In this document: piece after piece, positions 11,234 through 21,744 of the stretch
How the letters are laid out: each line of letters begins with the position of its first letter
Numbering within the stretch: the first letter of the stretch is position 1
Source: Obrimoposthia wandeli
Lineage: Eukaryota
Assembly: GCA_977020255.1 (NCBI GenBank)
Contig: CDROCS010005781.1
Location: 1-64,000, forward strand
Length of the DNA: 64,000 nt
Reading direction: 5' to 3'
Translations under genes and position numbers: made by a program
Notes under the pieces: model-generated
Databases searched by the model: none
What the model was told of the DNA's origin: nothing
Seen by the model: only the letters and a program-made list of their open reading frames with translations

Positions 11234-12102
11234 TGACTGGTAAGAGCTTAGGACTATTAATCGTATTAGGTTTGGCCATCATTGTTGGTAGCCAGAGTTT
11301 ATACATAGTTAAAGAAACTGAAACGGCTTTGACCCTGCAGTTTGGTCAAATCGTTGAAAATGACATTCCAGCAGGACTGCATTTTAAAACGCCTTTCCTA
11401 CAGAACGTTAAGATATTTGATGCGCGTATTCTGACCTTGGATGCACAGCCAGCACGTTACTTAACGGCCGGTAAAAAATACGTAATCGTTGATGCGTTTG
11501 TTAAATGGCGTATTAAAAACGTATTGAAATACTACAAAGCAACCTCAGGCGATCGTTTTGAAGCCAGTAACCGTTTAGCAGATTTGGCGAACAAAGGCAT
11601 GCGTAACGAGTTTGGTGTGCGTAGCTTGCATGAAGTTGTCTCTGGTGAACGTGATCAGTTAATGACTAAGTTAACCGCTGACCTTAACAAAGAAACCTTG
11701 GATAACTTTGGTATTGAAGTATTAGACGTTCGAATTAAAGCGATTGATCTACCGGAAGAGCTAAGTAACGATGTTTATCGTCGTATGCGCGCTGAACGTG
11801 ATCGTGAAGCGAAAGAGATTCGTTCTGAAGGTAGCGAGCTAGCGGAAGGTATTCGTGCAGAAGCTGATCGTAATAAAACGGTTACTTTGGCGAACGCTTA
11901 TCGTGAGTCTGAGCAGCTTAAAGGTGAAGGCGATGCAACAGCCGCGAGAATTTATGCGAAAGCGTATAACAAGGACTCTGAGTTCTATTCGTTTACGCGT
12001 AGCTTGAAAGCTTATACAGAAACCTTCCGTAGCCAAGATGTTCTACTATTGAAACCTGATAGTGACTTCTTCCGCTATATGAAAGATTCGAAGGGTAAGT
12101 AG
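11233..12102 (+). CDS. hflC: FtsH protease modulator HflC
   Basis: GLHFKTPF, VDAFVKWRI, RMRAER, EFYSFTRSL. Confidence 0.97.
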   Translation: MTGKSLGLLIVLGLAIIVGSQSLYIVKETETALTLQFGQIVENDIPAGLHFKTPFLQNVKIFDARILTLDAQPARYLTAGKKYVIVDAFVKWRIKNVLKYYKATSGDRFEASNRLADLANKGMRNEFGVRSLHEVVSGERDQLMTKLTADLNKETLDNFGIEVLDVRIKAIDLPEELSNDVYRRMRAERDREAKEIRSEGSELAEGIRAEADRNKTVTLANAYRESEQLKGEGDATAARIYAKAYNKDSEFYSFTRSLKAYTETFRSQDVLLLKPDSDFFRYMKDSKGK

Positions 12103-12213
12103 TCATTTTATAAATACGCTTTTTAACAAGAGCTTTGTAATATGAAGTACGAATCAATCGTTAAAGTGTCAGGTAAATGACTTCAACAAGTTGTTTGCTT
12201 TTGATACAATCAG

Positions 12214-12240
12214 AAAAACCGGACATTGATCCGGTTTTTT
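12214..12240 (+). terminator. Intrinsic terminator after hflC
   Basis: AAAAACCGGA-cattga-TCCGGTTTTTT. Confidence 0.7.
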
Positions 12241-12256
12241 TGTGTCTATCTGTCTA

Positions 12257-13435
12257 ATGGATAAATCTATGAGCACTGCCGATCGCTGGTTATTACCAGA
12301 TGGAATCGAAGAAGTATTGCCACCACAAGCGCGTGGTGTAGAGCAACTACGCCGTCATTTGTTGGACGATTTTGATCGTTGGGGTTATGACTTTGTTATA
12401 CCGCCAGCGCTAGAGTATCTTGATTCCCTGCTAACAGGCACCGCGCGTGGCCTTGACCTGCAGACGTTCAAGGTAACTGATCAACTCTCTGGCCGTTTAA
12501 TGGGCTTGAGTGCTGATACTACGCCACAAACCGCACGTATTGATGCTCATAGCTGGGCACAAGAAGGCGTTAGCCGTTTGTGTTACTGCCGTACGGTTTT
12601 TCATGCTAAAGCCGCCAGTATCCTTGCAGGCCGCACGCCGACGCAAATCGGTGCTGAGCTTTATGGTGAAGCCGGTAGCTCTGCTGATATCGAAATTATT
12701 AGCCTAATGCTTAATACGCTTCAACAAGCTGGATTGCAGGATTTACACCTGGATCTTGGCCATGTCGGTATATTTAAAGCATTTTCGGCAAAAGCTCAGC
12801 TGTCTAACATGGCAGAAGAGCAGCTTTTTGCGTTATTGAAAGTAAAATGCGCAACAGATTTAGATGCGTGGGCAGCAGAGCATTTAACTGACCCAGCATT
12901 AACCACTGCCTTTAAAGCGCTTGTTCGCTTACAAGGTGGCATTGAAGTACTTGATCAAGTTGCTGAGCAATTGGCCCCAGTGGTTCCTGAAGTGACAGCG
13001 ATTATTGAGCACTTGAAGCAAGTCTGCCAAGCGATTGCAGCACGCTACCATGTTCCTATGTACTTTGATTTTACCGATCTTCGTGGCTACAACTACCATA
13101 CAGGTTTGGTTTTTGCGGCTTACGTTCCCGGTTATGGCGATGCTATAGCTCAGGGCGGTCGCTACAATGAAACCGGTGCTGTTTTTGGACGTGCGCGTCC
13201 AGCAACGGGTTTCAGTGCAGACCTTAAGGTCTTGGCTCAGCTAGGTAACTTCACGACGGTACAAGCCGATATCGTGAAAGCACCAGCAGGCCAGCAGAAA
13301 GAATTATTAGACTTGATTGCCGAGCTACGTGCTCAAGGCTCCCGGGTTGAAGTGCAGCTGAGCGGCGAATTGCCAACCAGCGGTGCACGTATTGAGTTTA
13401 AAGACGATCAGTGGAAACTGATCGAATCCAATTAA
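12257..13435 (+). CDS. hisZ: ATP phosphoribosyltransferase regulatory subunit
   Basis: WLLPDGIEEVLP, DTTPQTARIDAH, TQIGAELYG, LRGYNYHTG, RPATGFS; upstream of purA as in Pseudomonas. Confidence 0.95.
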   Translation: MDKSMSTADRWLLPDGIEEVLPPQARGVEQLRRHLLDDFDRWGYDFVIPPALEYLDSLLTGTARGLDLQTFKVTDQLSGRLMGLSADTTPQTARIDAHSWAQEGVSRLCYCRTVFHAKAASILAGRTPTQIGAELYGEAGSSADIEIISLMLNTLQQAGLQDLHLDLGHVGIFKAFSAKAQLSNMAEEQLFALLKVKCATDLDAWAAEHLTDPALTTAFKALVRLQGGIEVLDQVAEQLAPVVPEVTAIIEHLKQVCQAIAARYHVPMYFDFTDLRGYNYHTGLVFAAYVPGYGDAIAQGGRYNETGAVFGRARPATGFSADLKVLAQLGNFTTVQADIVKAPAGQQKELLDLIAELRAQGSRVEVQLSGELPTSGARIEFKDDQWKLIESN

Positions 13436-13440
13436 TCTAA

Positions 13441-14751
<1,311 letters not shown>

Positions 14752-14811
14752 GTTTGATGTATAATCCTACACTTTAGGATTATCAGCGGGCTTTAAGCTT
14801 GCGAAATAAAG

Positions 14812-14842
14812 AACCCAGCTCAAGTAATTGATCTGGGTTTTT
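14812..14842 (+). terminator. Terminator after purA
   Basis: AACCCAG...CTGGGTT stem followed by a T run. Confidence 0.6.
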
Positions 14843-14899
14843 ACAACCAGCTGTTTTGTATGCTCTCGCCATTCCATGGTGATATGAAATGACAGGCAT

Positions 14900-14941
14900 A
14901 AAAAAACCCGCATTCTTAAATTAATAAGAAGCGGGTTTTTT
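14900..14941 (-). terminator. Bidirectional terminator ending the lipase-DUF1302-DUF1329 operon
   Basis: AAAAAACCCGC...GCGGGTTTTTT. Confidence 0.75.
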
Positions 14942-14981
14942 ATGAATCAAAACGCTAGCGAACTAGCATTATTGAATCAGA

Positions 14982-16340
14982 CTAGCGACGACCAGCACGG
15001 CGAAGTGCGGCAGGCGTATAGTCACCAGAAGAACGTTCGAAACCAAATTCATAAGAACCTGTTTCTTCGTTATCAAGACCTAGAACAAGGTAACGACCAG
15101 AGTTCAAGTCATATAGAGCTTCAACAGCATACCAAGGCACTAACGTATCATAGAACATGATGTTGTGTGCTTCGGCTACACGCCATAGTTGACCACGACC
15201 ATCATAATGATCGATAACAGTTGCCTGCCAAGTATCTTCATCAAGGTAGAAAGTACGCTTACCATAGACGTGACGCTTACCTTCTTTCAAGGTTGCTTCG
15301 ACTTTCCACACACGGTGAAGTTCGTAGCGCGTTAGATCTTGGTTGATGTGACCCGCTTTCACGATCTCATCATACTTAACATCGCCATCGTTCAGCTTGT
15401 ATGAGTTGTATGGAATGTATAGCTCTTGCTTGCCTTTAAGTTCCCAGTCATAACGGTCAGGAGCGCCGTTAAACATATCGAAGTTATCAGCAGTACGTAG
15501 GCCATCAGACGCTGTACCTGGTCCGTCATAAGCAACCTGTGGAGCACGACGTACACGACGCTGACCGGCGTTATATACCCAAGCTTTACGAGGCTCTTTA
15601 ATTTGGTCTAGTGTTTCATGAACCAAAAGAACGTTACCGGCTAAACGTGCTGGCGATACAACATCTTGCTTAAAGTAGAACAAAACGTTTGCGTCTTTAG
15701 ATGGATCAAAATCTGTTAGCTTATTACGGAAAGTGAATTCGTCTTTAAAGCGAACGATAGAGTAATCACCGTTTGCCTGTGGAGTCGCCTGACCCACAAC
15801 ACGAGAAACACTGCCACCACGATAACGAACAATGTGGTTCCAGATTGCCTCAACACCCGATGCAGGGATTGGGAAAGGAACACCATCGACATACTTATTC
15901 AAGCCGTTTCCGTCTTTTACAAGAGTAGTATCTGTCGCGTTTTTCTTAGTCGCGTCATAAATCTCTTGTGGATAAGCAGAAGAACGCTGTGTTGGGTAAA
16001 CAGGCATGCGATAAGTATCAGGATACTTTTCGAACATCGCCTTTTGACCAGCACTCAGCTTATCAGCGTAATCCTTATAGTTCGCTGCAGTAATGGTGTA
16101 TTTCACCTTATCTGCTGCGAAAGGATTAACGTGCTTATCGCCTTCGGTATAGCCAGCTGGAGGAGTAGTAATACCACCCGTCCAAGCAGTAACTTCACCG
16201 CTACCAGCCATTTCAGCGCCCATTGGTGTCAATGTTGTGCCAATTTTAGCGGCTTCTTGTGGTGAAACGGCTGCGTTAGCCGCTGCAACCATCAAGGAAA
16301 GCGCAATTGCGCTTCCCATTTTCTTATACTGTTTAAGCAT
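14982..16340 (-). CDS. DUF1329 family periplasmic protein
   Basis: Signal peptide; LTPMGAE, W.YNAGQRRVRRAP, DNFDMFNGAPDRYDW, KRTFYLDEDTW; paired with DUF1302. Confidence 0.9.
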   Translation of the reverse strand: MLKQYKKMGSAIALSLMVAAANAAVSPQEAAKIGTTLTPMGAEMAGSGEVTAWTGGITTPPAGYTEGDKHVNPFAADKVKYTITAANYKDYADKLSAGQKAMFEKYPDTYRMPVYPTQRSSAYPQEIYDATKKNATDTTLVKDGNGLNKYVDGVPFPIPASGVEAIWNHIVRYRGGSVSRVVGQATPQANGDYSIVRFKDEFTFRNKLTDFDPSKDANVLFYFKQDVVSPARLAGNVLLVHETLDQIKEPRKAWVYNAGQRRVRRAPQVAYDGPGTASDGLRTADNFDMFNGAPDRYDWELKGKQELYIPYNSYKLNDGDVKYDEIVKAGHINQDLTRYELHRVWKVEATLKEGKRHVYGKRTFYLDEDTWQATVIDHYDGRGQLWRVAEAHNIMFYDTLVPWYAVEALYDLNSGRYLVLGLDNEETGSYEFGFERSSGDYTPAALRRAGRR

Positions 16341-16378
16341 GTATATGCCCTCAATAACTCTATGTACGACTAACTAAA

Positions 16379-18277
16379 TTAGAATGAATAACTGGCTGAC
16401 AAAGCAATGTTGTCACGATCTTTCATGGTGTTGTAATCGCCACCTGCAAAGTTAGTGTAGTCCACACTTACCTGAGTTTGGTTTTGATACACAAATTTAA
16501 CACCAACAGCTGTGGTTAAGCGTTCATCAATGAACTGCGCACCAGGCTCTGGACCGTTACCTTTGTCATAAGACACTGCAAAAGTAGGTTTCATGTTCAC
16601 ACCGGCGAATGCGTTGTTATAATCGATAGCTGCGCGTAAGCGAATACCACCAGAAAGCTGTGTCACGTAGCCATCATCAGTACAGTTATCGGTATTTGAG
16701 TTAGCGCTTGAGCCGCCCACTTCGCAATAATTAACATTGCCAGTAGTATCACCTGGATATACACCGTCGTTATTACCGATACCAAAAGCACCTGAACGGC
16801 CATAGCGTGCATCATCTAGGCTTGGAAGGTCAGGAACATACGTTGCTCCAACTTCTGCTACAACCGCTAAACGATCAGCGCCCAATACTTGGTCATAGAA
16901 TTTGATGAATGTCATTTGGGCTTGCCAAATATCCATTTCATCATAGCCTTTTGCCAGCTCGCCATACAAAGACTCTGCATCGCCACCGACTTCAGCAGAA
17001 CGCTGTTGATATAAGCGGCTCCAAGGGGCTCCGTTACCGGCAAGAATAAGTTCAAATGCGTTCCATTGAATAGGTGCATCTGGACGATAGCTTATTTCAC
17101 CCGATATAGAAGCACCACCTTCGGTTGACGTAGCAAAACTGATACCCATTAATTGATTATCTTCAGGGTACGCAATTTGATACATGGGTCGGTAGCTATC
17201 ATAAGTCGCAGTATCATTAACTGAACGATCATCACCATTACCCAAGAAACCGCTACGATCTTGGTTTGTAAGAGTCCCGTTAATGAACGGTAGGCGGCTG
17301 TGAATGTTCATATAGTAGATACCAAATTCGGTATCGCCTAAAGCTTCAGAATACCAGCGCGCGGCAATACCATACTGGCCGTCATCTTTTGCTTCATCAT
17401 CAGCTAAACGTTCTGTAATAGGGGAAACACGACTAGGAAGAGGAACACCGGCCGCTATTTCTAGATCGCGGAATGCTATCATCGCACGCTCATCAGCTAT
17501 TCCACCTAGAATTACAGGACCACAGCCATCAGCAACAAAGTCAACTGACGAGAAGAAAGTGCCACAAGGGTCAGAACGGGTCTTCTCCCATTCTAGCTGG
17601 TAAAAAGCTTCAACACTTACATCAGCAGAAATGCCAATAGAGGTATAGACCATATTAACCGGTAGCAAACCTTCTTTAACTTCCGCACCTGGGCGACGGA
17701 AAGCAGAGGCATCTACTGGGTTGATGCTGTTAATGCCGCCTTGGATGAAAGTACTTTCACCCCAGCTCACTACTTGGCGACCTACGCGGAATGTCGCTGG
17801 CATTTCACCAAGGTCATAATCAGCCCATACAAAAGCATCTAACAGATCATAACCACTGCCAGATGCATCTTTAGTTTCGTCAACTAGTTCTTTGAATTCA
17901 CGCTCACCATCCATGATTTCAGTATCATAGAAAGCTTTTGCACGAAAGAAACCACCATAATTATTATAGTTGATCTCTAGATCAGTCGAGTACTTAACAA
18001 CATTGGTATATATGCTATTTTCTTTGAAGTTAAGCGTGCCGTCATCGTAGTTATACGAAGAAGCATTGCCTTCAATACCCATTGCGGCAGCATTACCTGG
18101 CATAACTGCACTGGCATCGGGTGCTTCCGTACGCCAAGCAACACCATAGCTGATTGTGTTATCCCACTGGACTGTCGTATCACCAAAGTTGAACTCGGTA
18201 GCATTTGCTGTGAAAGCCGCAGCTGCTAATGCCAGCGCCAGCGGAGCTTTCTTGAATATTTTATTCATTTTTCTCAT
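16379..18277 (-). CDS. DUF1302 family outer-membrane beta-barrel protein
   Basis: Signal peptide; NYDDGTLNF, GRQVVSWGES, GGINSINPVD, DRDNIALSASYSF with terminal Phe. Confidence 0.9.
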   Translation of the reverse strand: MRKMNKIFKKAPLALALAAAAFTANATEFNFGDTTVQWDNTISYGVAWRTEAPDASAVMPGNAAAMGIEGNASSYNYDDGTLNFKENSIYTNVVKYSTDLEINYNNYGGFFRAKAFYDTEIMDGEREFKELVDETKDASGSGYDLLDAFVWADYDLGEMPATFRVGRQVVSWGESTFIQGGINSINPVDASAFRRPGAEVKEGLLPVNMVYTSIGISADVSVEAFYQLEWEKTRSDPCGTFFSSVDFVADGCGPVILGGIADERAMIAFRDLEIAAGVPLPSRVSPITERLADDEAKDDGQYGIAARWYSEALGDTEFGIYYMNIHSRLPFINGTLTNQDRSGFLGNGDDRSVNDTATYDSYRPMYQIAYPEDNQLMGISFATSTEGGASISGEISYRPDAPIQWNAFELILAGNGAPWSRLYQQRSAEVGGDAESLYGELAKGYDEMDIWQAQMTFIKFYDQVLGADRLAVVAEVGATYVPDLPSLDDARYGRSGAFGIGNNDGVYPGDTTGNVNYCEVGGSSANSNTDNCTDDGYVTQLSGGIRLRAAIDYNNAFAGVNMKPTFAVSYDKGNGPEPGAQFIDERLTTAVGVKFVYQNQTQVSVDYTNFAGGDYNTMKDRDNIALSASYSF

Positions 18278-18300
18278 TTTTTTTATTCTCCAATGAATGC

Positions 18301-21300
18301 TTATTGTACTGGCTGGTAGTCAGTTTGTTCTGTTGCAATTCCATCAACAGCACCTGAATTAAGGGCCGTACCAGTAGAGCCAAAGAATGTAAGCATCTGC
18401 GTAACCATCGTTGTAAAGGTAGCAGAGTCATCTTTTGCAACAAACGTTACATGACTGCCTTTATCAAATGGGATGTATACTTTTTTGGCAATAGTAACCG
18501 ATCCAATATTGGTGCTATTAACTTGAATTAAGCCCATTTGCTCTGCAAGAGGGGTTGTTCCAGCTAAAGGCATCGCTGACGATTCCATATTTTGCAGTGC
18601 TGTCGCAGTACCATTAAGCGTATAAGTTAAGCCAGGCATCACGTTTACATAAGCATTGGTTTCAGCAGCTTTAAAGTAATCGTCATTAGGAACTACGTGA
18701 TCAGGTGGATATTTTCCACCAAACGCTTTAATGAATGCAGAAGGTATGCGATCTGTGCCATCACCACAAGTGCCTGCTGTTGCGTCAAAGTTAGGACAGT
18801 CACCACCACCAATCATGTTGAACGTCATAACAGGTGAGGCATCTGCTTTCAATGCACTCGCAAAGTTAATGGGGTCAACACTGCTAAGTGCAGCTTGCAT
18901 CATGCTTTCGTACTTTTGCAAACTACTAGAGTCTTGAGCAAGTTGTAATCCACCTAAAATATTCGTTGCGAATGCCGGTGAGTTTTCAAGCATCTTCGGC
19001 AAAGAACCACCTGGGCTTGCCAGTACAGTTGCTTGGATCAGTGGTAGTGCTCCACCATTACTAAGTCCGTTTTTAGCTTGTACTGCTGCACTGTTGTTCA
19101 CCGCAACAAATGTAGCACCAAGAATGGCACCTAGCGAGTTACCCGATAAATAAACTTTATCAGTATCTAAATCAGCATCGCCATCGCCATCAATGTCGAT
19201 TGAACCGATGGTAGCATTCAAGTGCATTAAATCGACCACGGCCTGACGCATGTTATCGCGCAAGCGTCCGATGTTGCCTAAATTAATGAAGAATGCACCA
19301 GACGTTCCAGCAAGCTCTGTTACATCGGCTCCATCAAAGTCCATTGCTACTCGAGCATTCGTGCCCGTTTGAGATGCGATATTGCGATGACGCTCTTCAA
19401 AATTAGCGAAGGTAGTTCCTGTTGAAGGATCGGCTGCTGCCTCTCCAAATGGTGAGGTTGCTGCCGTTTGATCGATATTGAATGTCAACTTATTAGCACT
19501 AGAATTGCCATCTCTATCTTTCGAAATTGGTGCCACACCGTGTAATGGTAGATCCATTGCAACGGTAACGTAGCAGTTAAGGGCTAAAGCTGTACCTAGG
19601 CCAATACTCGACGTACGATCTGAAGTGATCCCATGCACATAAATCATGGTTGGAAACTTAGCAATTCCAGTACAGTCAGAGCCACCAGCACTTAATGCAC
19701 CAGGGCCTACTGCAGAGTAATTTAGTTTTGACGGTACTGTCATTAATACAGGAACATATTCAGCTTGATCTAACTCAACTAAAGGATAGCGATACGTTAC
19801 GTTGGTCATACCACCGGTATACCCAGTAACAGTACCCGCAGAATCTTTAACTTCAGTTACTCCGACAGAGGTTAATTTCCCTGTAGCCGGGTCATACTTC
19901 ATGTTGTCAGAAGGCGGATTAAATTGATCTTCTGCAGACCAAACGCTGTCTGTTGCATAACTAAGCTTAACTGCACCAGCGATAGTGGCCGGATCACCAC
20001 TAGCTAATGCTGCTGCATTTGTCATTGCTGGAGCTGTTAAACCACTAGGTAGTTTGATTTGTCCTTGAATAAAGTTAATACCAACATTTCCAGGTGTAGT
20101 AACTCCGTTTGAGTTAAGTTTTTTTGGATTTGGTAAATCTGTTGGATCTTTAATTAAATCGAATGATTGAGCTTTTGGCGTTGCAAGCGTCGCTGTAATA
20201 CCCGCAACAATACCTGAACCTGGGTTACTTACAGTGCCAACAATAGTTGATTGGTAAGCCGCATTTGCTCTAACTGCATCTAGCTCAGCTGCTGTCGGGT
20301 TTGCTGGGTCAGTAATCGTTAAACCATCTTGCGATGCAACAATAGGAGATACAATATTGGTCATCCAGTTTGTGAATGCTGCGACCTCTGCATCTGCTTC
20401 TGACATACCTCCTTGCATCGCACCACCTTTTATAGCAGCTAGATAAAGAGACTCAGCCGTTTTTGGCTTAGAGGCTAGCGCTTCAACAAATAACTGCGGC
20501 GCAGCAATTGTTGTCAATACATCTGTTGTGCCGCTTGTGGTAAAGGCATAGCTTAAAACGATGTCTTTTTGAGTAACACTACCTGCGCTAACGCTAGCAA
20601 TATAACTTCCCGCAATAGATTCCCATCCCTGAACCGCTGATCTTACTGGTTCCAAAGCAGAACTCGCTAGTTCCAAGCTTCCCGATAGTAAGTTGTATTC
20701 AGCAGAAGCAGCGACAGCGTCACCACTTGAATCTTTAATTTTATTTGTTAGGGCAACAATATACTTAGTTTTTGGTTCTAAAGGATTGATTAGGTTGATG
20801 CGTAAAACCGATGTTGTACCGTCATCTAATGTTAAAAAACTAACCGTATAATCTGATCCTGGTACTGGCTGGCCTTGGCTGTCGATAGGATTGCCGCCCC
20901 AAAGCTCTGTGGCAACGGGAATGATACTTCCAGCTAAATCTAATGCGTCAATACGTGGATCATCTTGAGCATTACGCAGCTTAATAAGGTTTACTGAAAA
21001 CGTGTCATCGACAGTAGATGCATCAAGGTTAGCTGTAAATTCAATATCGATAGGAGCAACAATAGAAGCACCCGTTATCGAATTTAATGCGGTTGTTACA
21101 GGAGGCTGTGAATCACCAGCGCTTGCCGTGCCATCAGTGATGGAAGCACTAGCAAATAGCAAGTCATTAATTAGAGGCAGCTGAAGGTTACCAGGAGAGA
21201 AAACCGGTGTTGTTAAACCAAGATTTCCGGCTGTTCCTGCTAATACTGGACTAGTTGCTACATCATTATTATCGGCTGTACTACTGATATTACAGGCCGT

Positions 21301-21354
21301 TAATCCCGCTGTGCTTGCAGCAATCGCGAGACTGAGGAGGGTCTTCTTAACCAT
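18301..21354 (-). CDS. Large lipoprotein lipase/phospholipase (Pla-1/cef, VolA-like alpha/beta hydrolase)
   Basis: Lipobox LTAC; N-terminal PLINDLLF..DGT; IYVHGITS, AMDLPLHG, FFINLGN...RDNMRQAVVDL, nucleophile elbow GNSLG, D.VVPN, GSH. Confidence 0.8.
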   Translation of the reverse strand: MVKKTLLSLAIAASTAGLTACNISSTADNNDVATSPVLAGTAGNLGLTTPVFSPGNLQLPLINDLLFASASITDGTASAGDSQPPVTTALNSITGASIVAPIDIEFTANLDASTVDDTFSVNLIKLRNAQDDPRIDALDLAGSIIPVATELWGGNPIDSQGQPVPGSDYTVSFLTLDDGTTSVLRINLINPLEPKTKYIVALTNKIKDSSGDAVAASAEYNLLSGSLELASSALEPVRSAVQGWESIAGSYIASVSAGSVTQKDIVLSYAFTTSGTTDVLTTIAAPQLFVEALASKPKTAESLYLAAIKGGAMQGGMSEADAEVAAFTNWMTNIVSPIVASQDGLTITDPANPTAAELDAVRANAAYQSTIVGTVSNPGSGIVAGITATLATPKAQSFDLIKDPTDLPNPKKLNSNGVTTPGNVGINFIQGQIKLPSGLTAPAMTNAAALASGDPATIAGAVKLSYATDSVWSAEDQFNPPSDNMKYDPATGKLTSVGVTEVKDSAGTVTGYTGGMTNVTYRYPLVELDQAEYVPVLMTVPSKLNYSAVGPGALSAGGSDCTGIAKFPTMIYVHGITSDRTSSIGLGTALALNCYVTVAMDLPLHGVAPISKDRDGNSSANKLTFNIDQTAATSPFGEAAADPSTGTTFANFEERHRNIASQTGTNARVAMDFDGADVTELAGTSGAFFINLGNIGRLRDNMRQAVVDLMHLNATIGSIDIDGDGDADLDTDKVYLSGNSLGAILGATFVAVNNSAAVQAKNGLSNGGALPLIQATVLASPGGSLPKMLENSPAFATNILGGLQLAQDSSSLQKYESMMQAALSSVDPINFASALKADASPVMTFNMIGGGDCPNFDATAGTCGDGTDRIPSAFIKAFGGKYPPDHVVPNDDYFKAAETNAYVNVMPGLTYTLNGTATALQNMESSAMPLAGTTPLAEQMGLIQVNSTNIGSVTIAKKVYIPFDKGSHVTFVAKDDSATFTTMVTQMLTFFGSTGTALNSGAVDGIATEQTDYQPVQ

Positions 21355-21744
21355 AGGTCTACCTGTCTTCTTATATTGTTATGATTATTGTTATAAATCA
21401 GAGATGTCCTTTTTGGCCCATTTCTAACAGATACCCAGACTATAAACGCCTATCTAATCAACCTCATCACTCTTTAGTATGATTCGTAAAAGTTATTGCC
21501 CGAGTTTTTGTTTCAAAACGTAACAAGTTAGGCGATATACTGAATATTTCTTTATAAAAGCCGATATTTGAACTAAAAGCACTGATTGCTGAACAGTATT
21601 TGATCAGTTTTTGTCCTTTTGCGACTTAGGATTATTTATTAATAAACGGTAGGGGTGAGGGTGACTACTCCAGAAGCTCTAGATCGAATACAATAGCGCC
21701 TTTGTTTTAATCTTCATTTAATTTAATCCTTTGGGGAAACTGAA

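Noticed and set aside
14761-14783. Hairpin sharing ACTTTAGGAT with the hairpin at 51561-51586, a possible REP family
   Set aside because: Only a 10-nt match, different stems and no third copy; within chance.
21400-21740. Search for PsrA/FadR palindromes or a sigma54 promoter in the lipase/thiolase divergent region
   Set aside because: No convincing match; a lone GTAACA (about 21520) is not enough to call a CbrB site.
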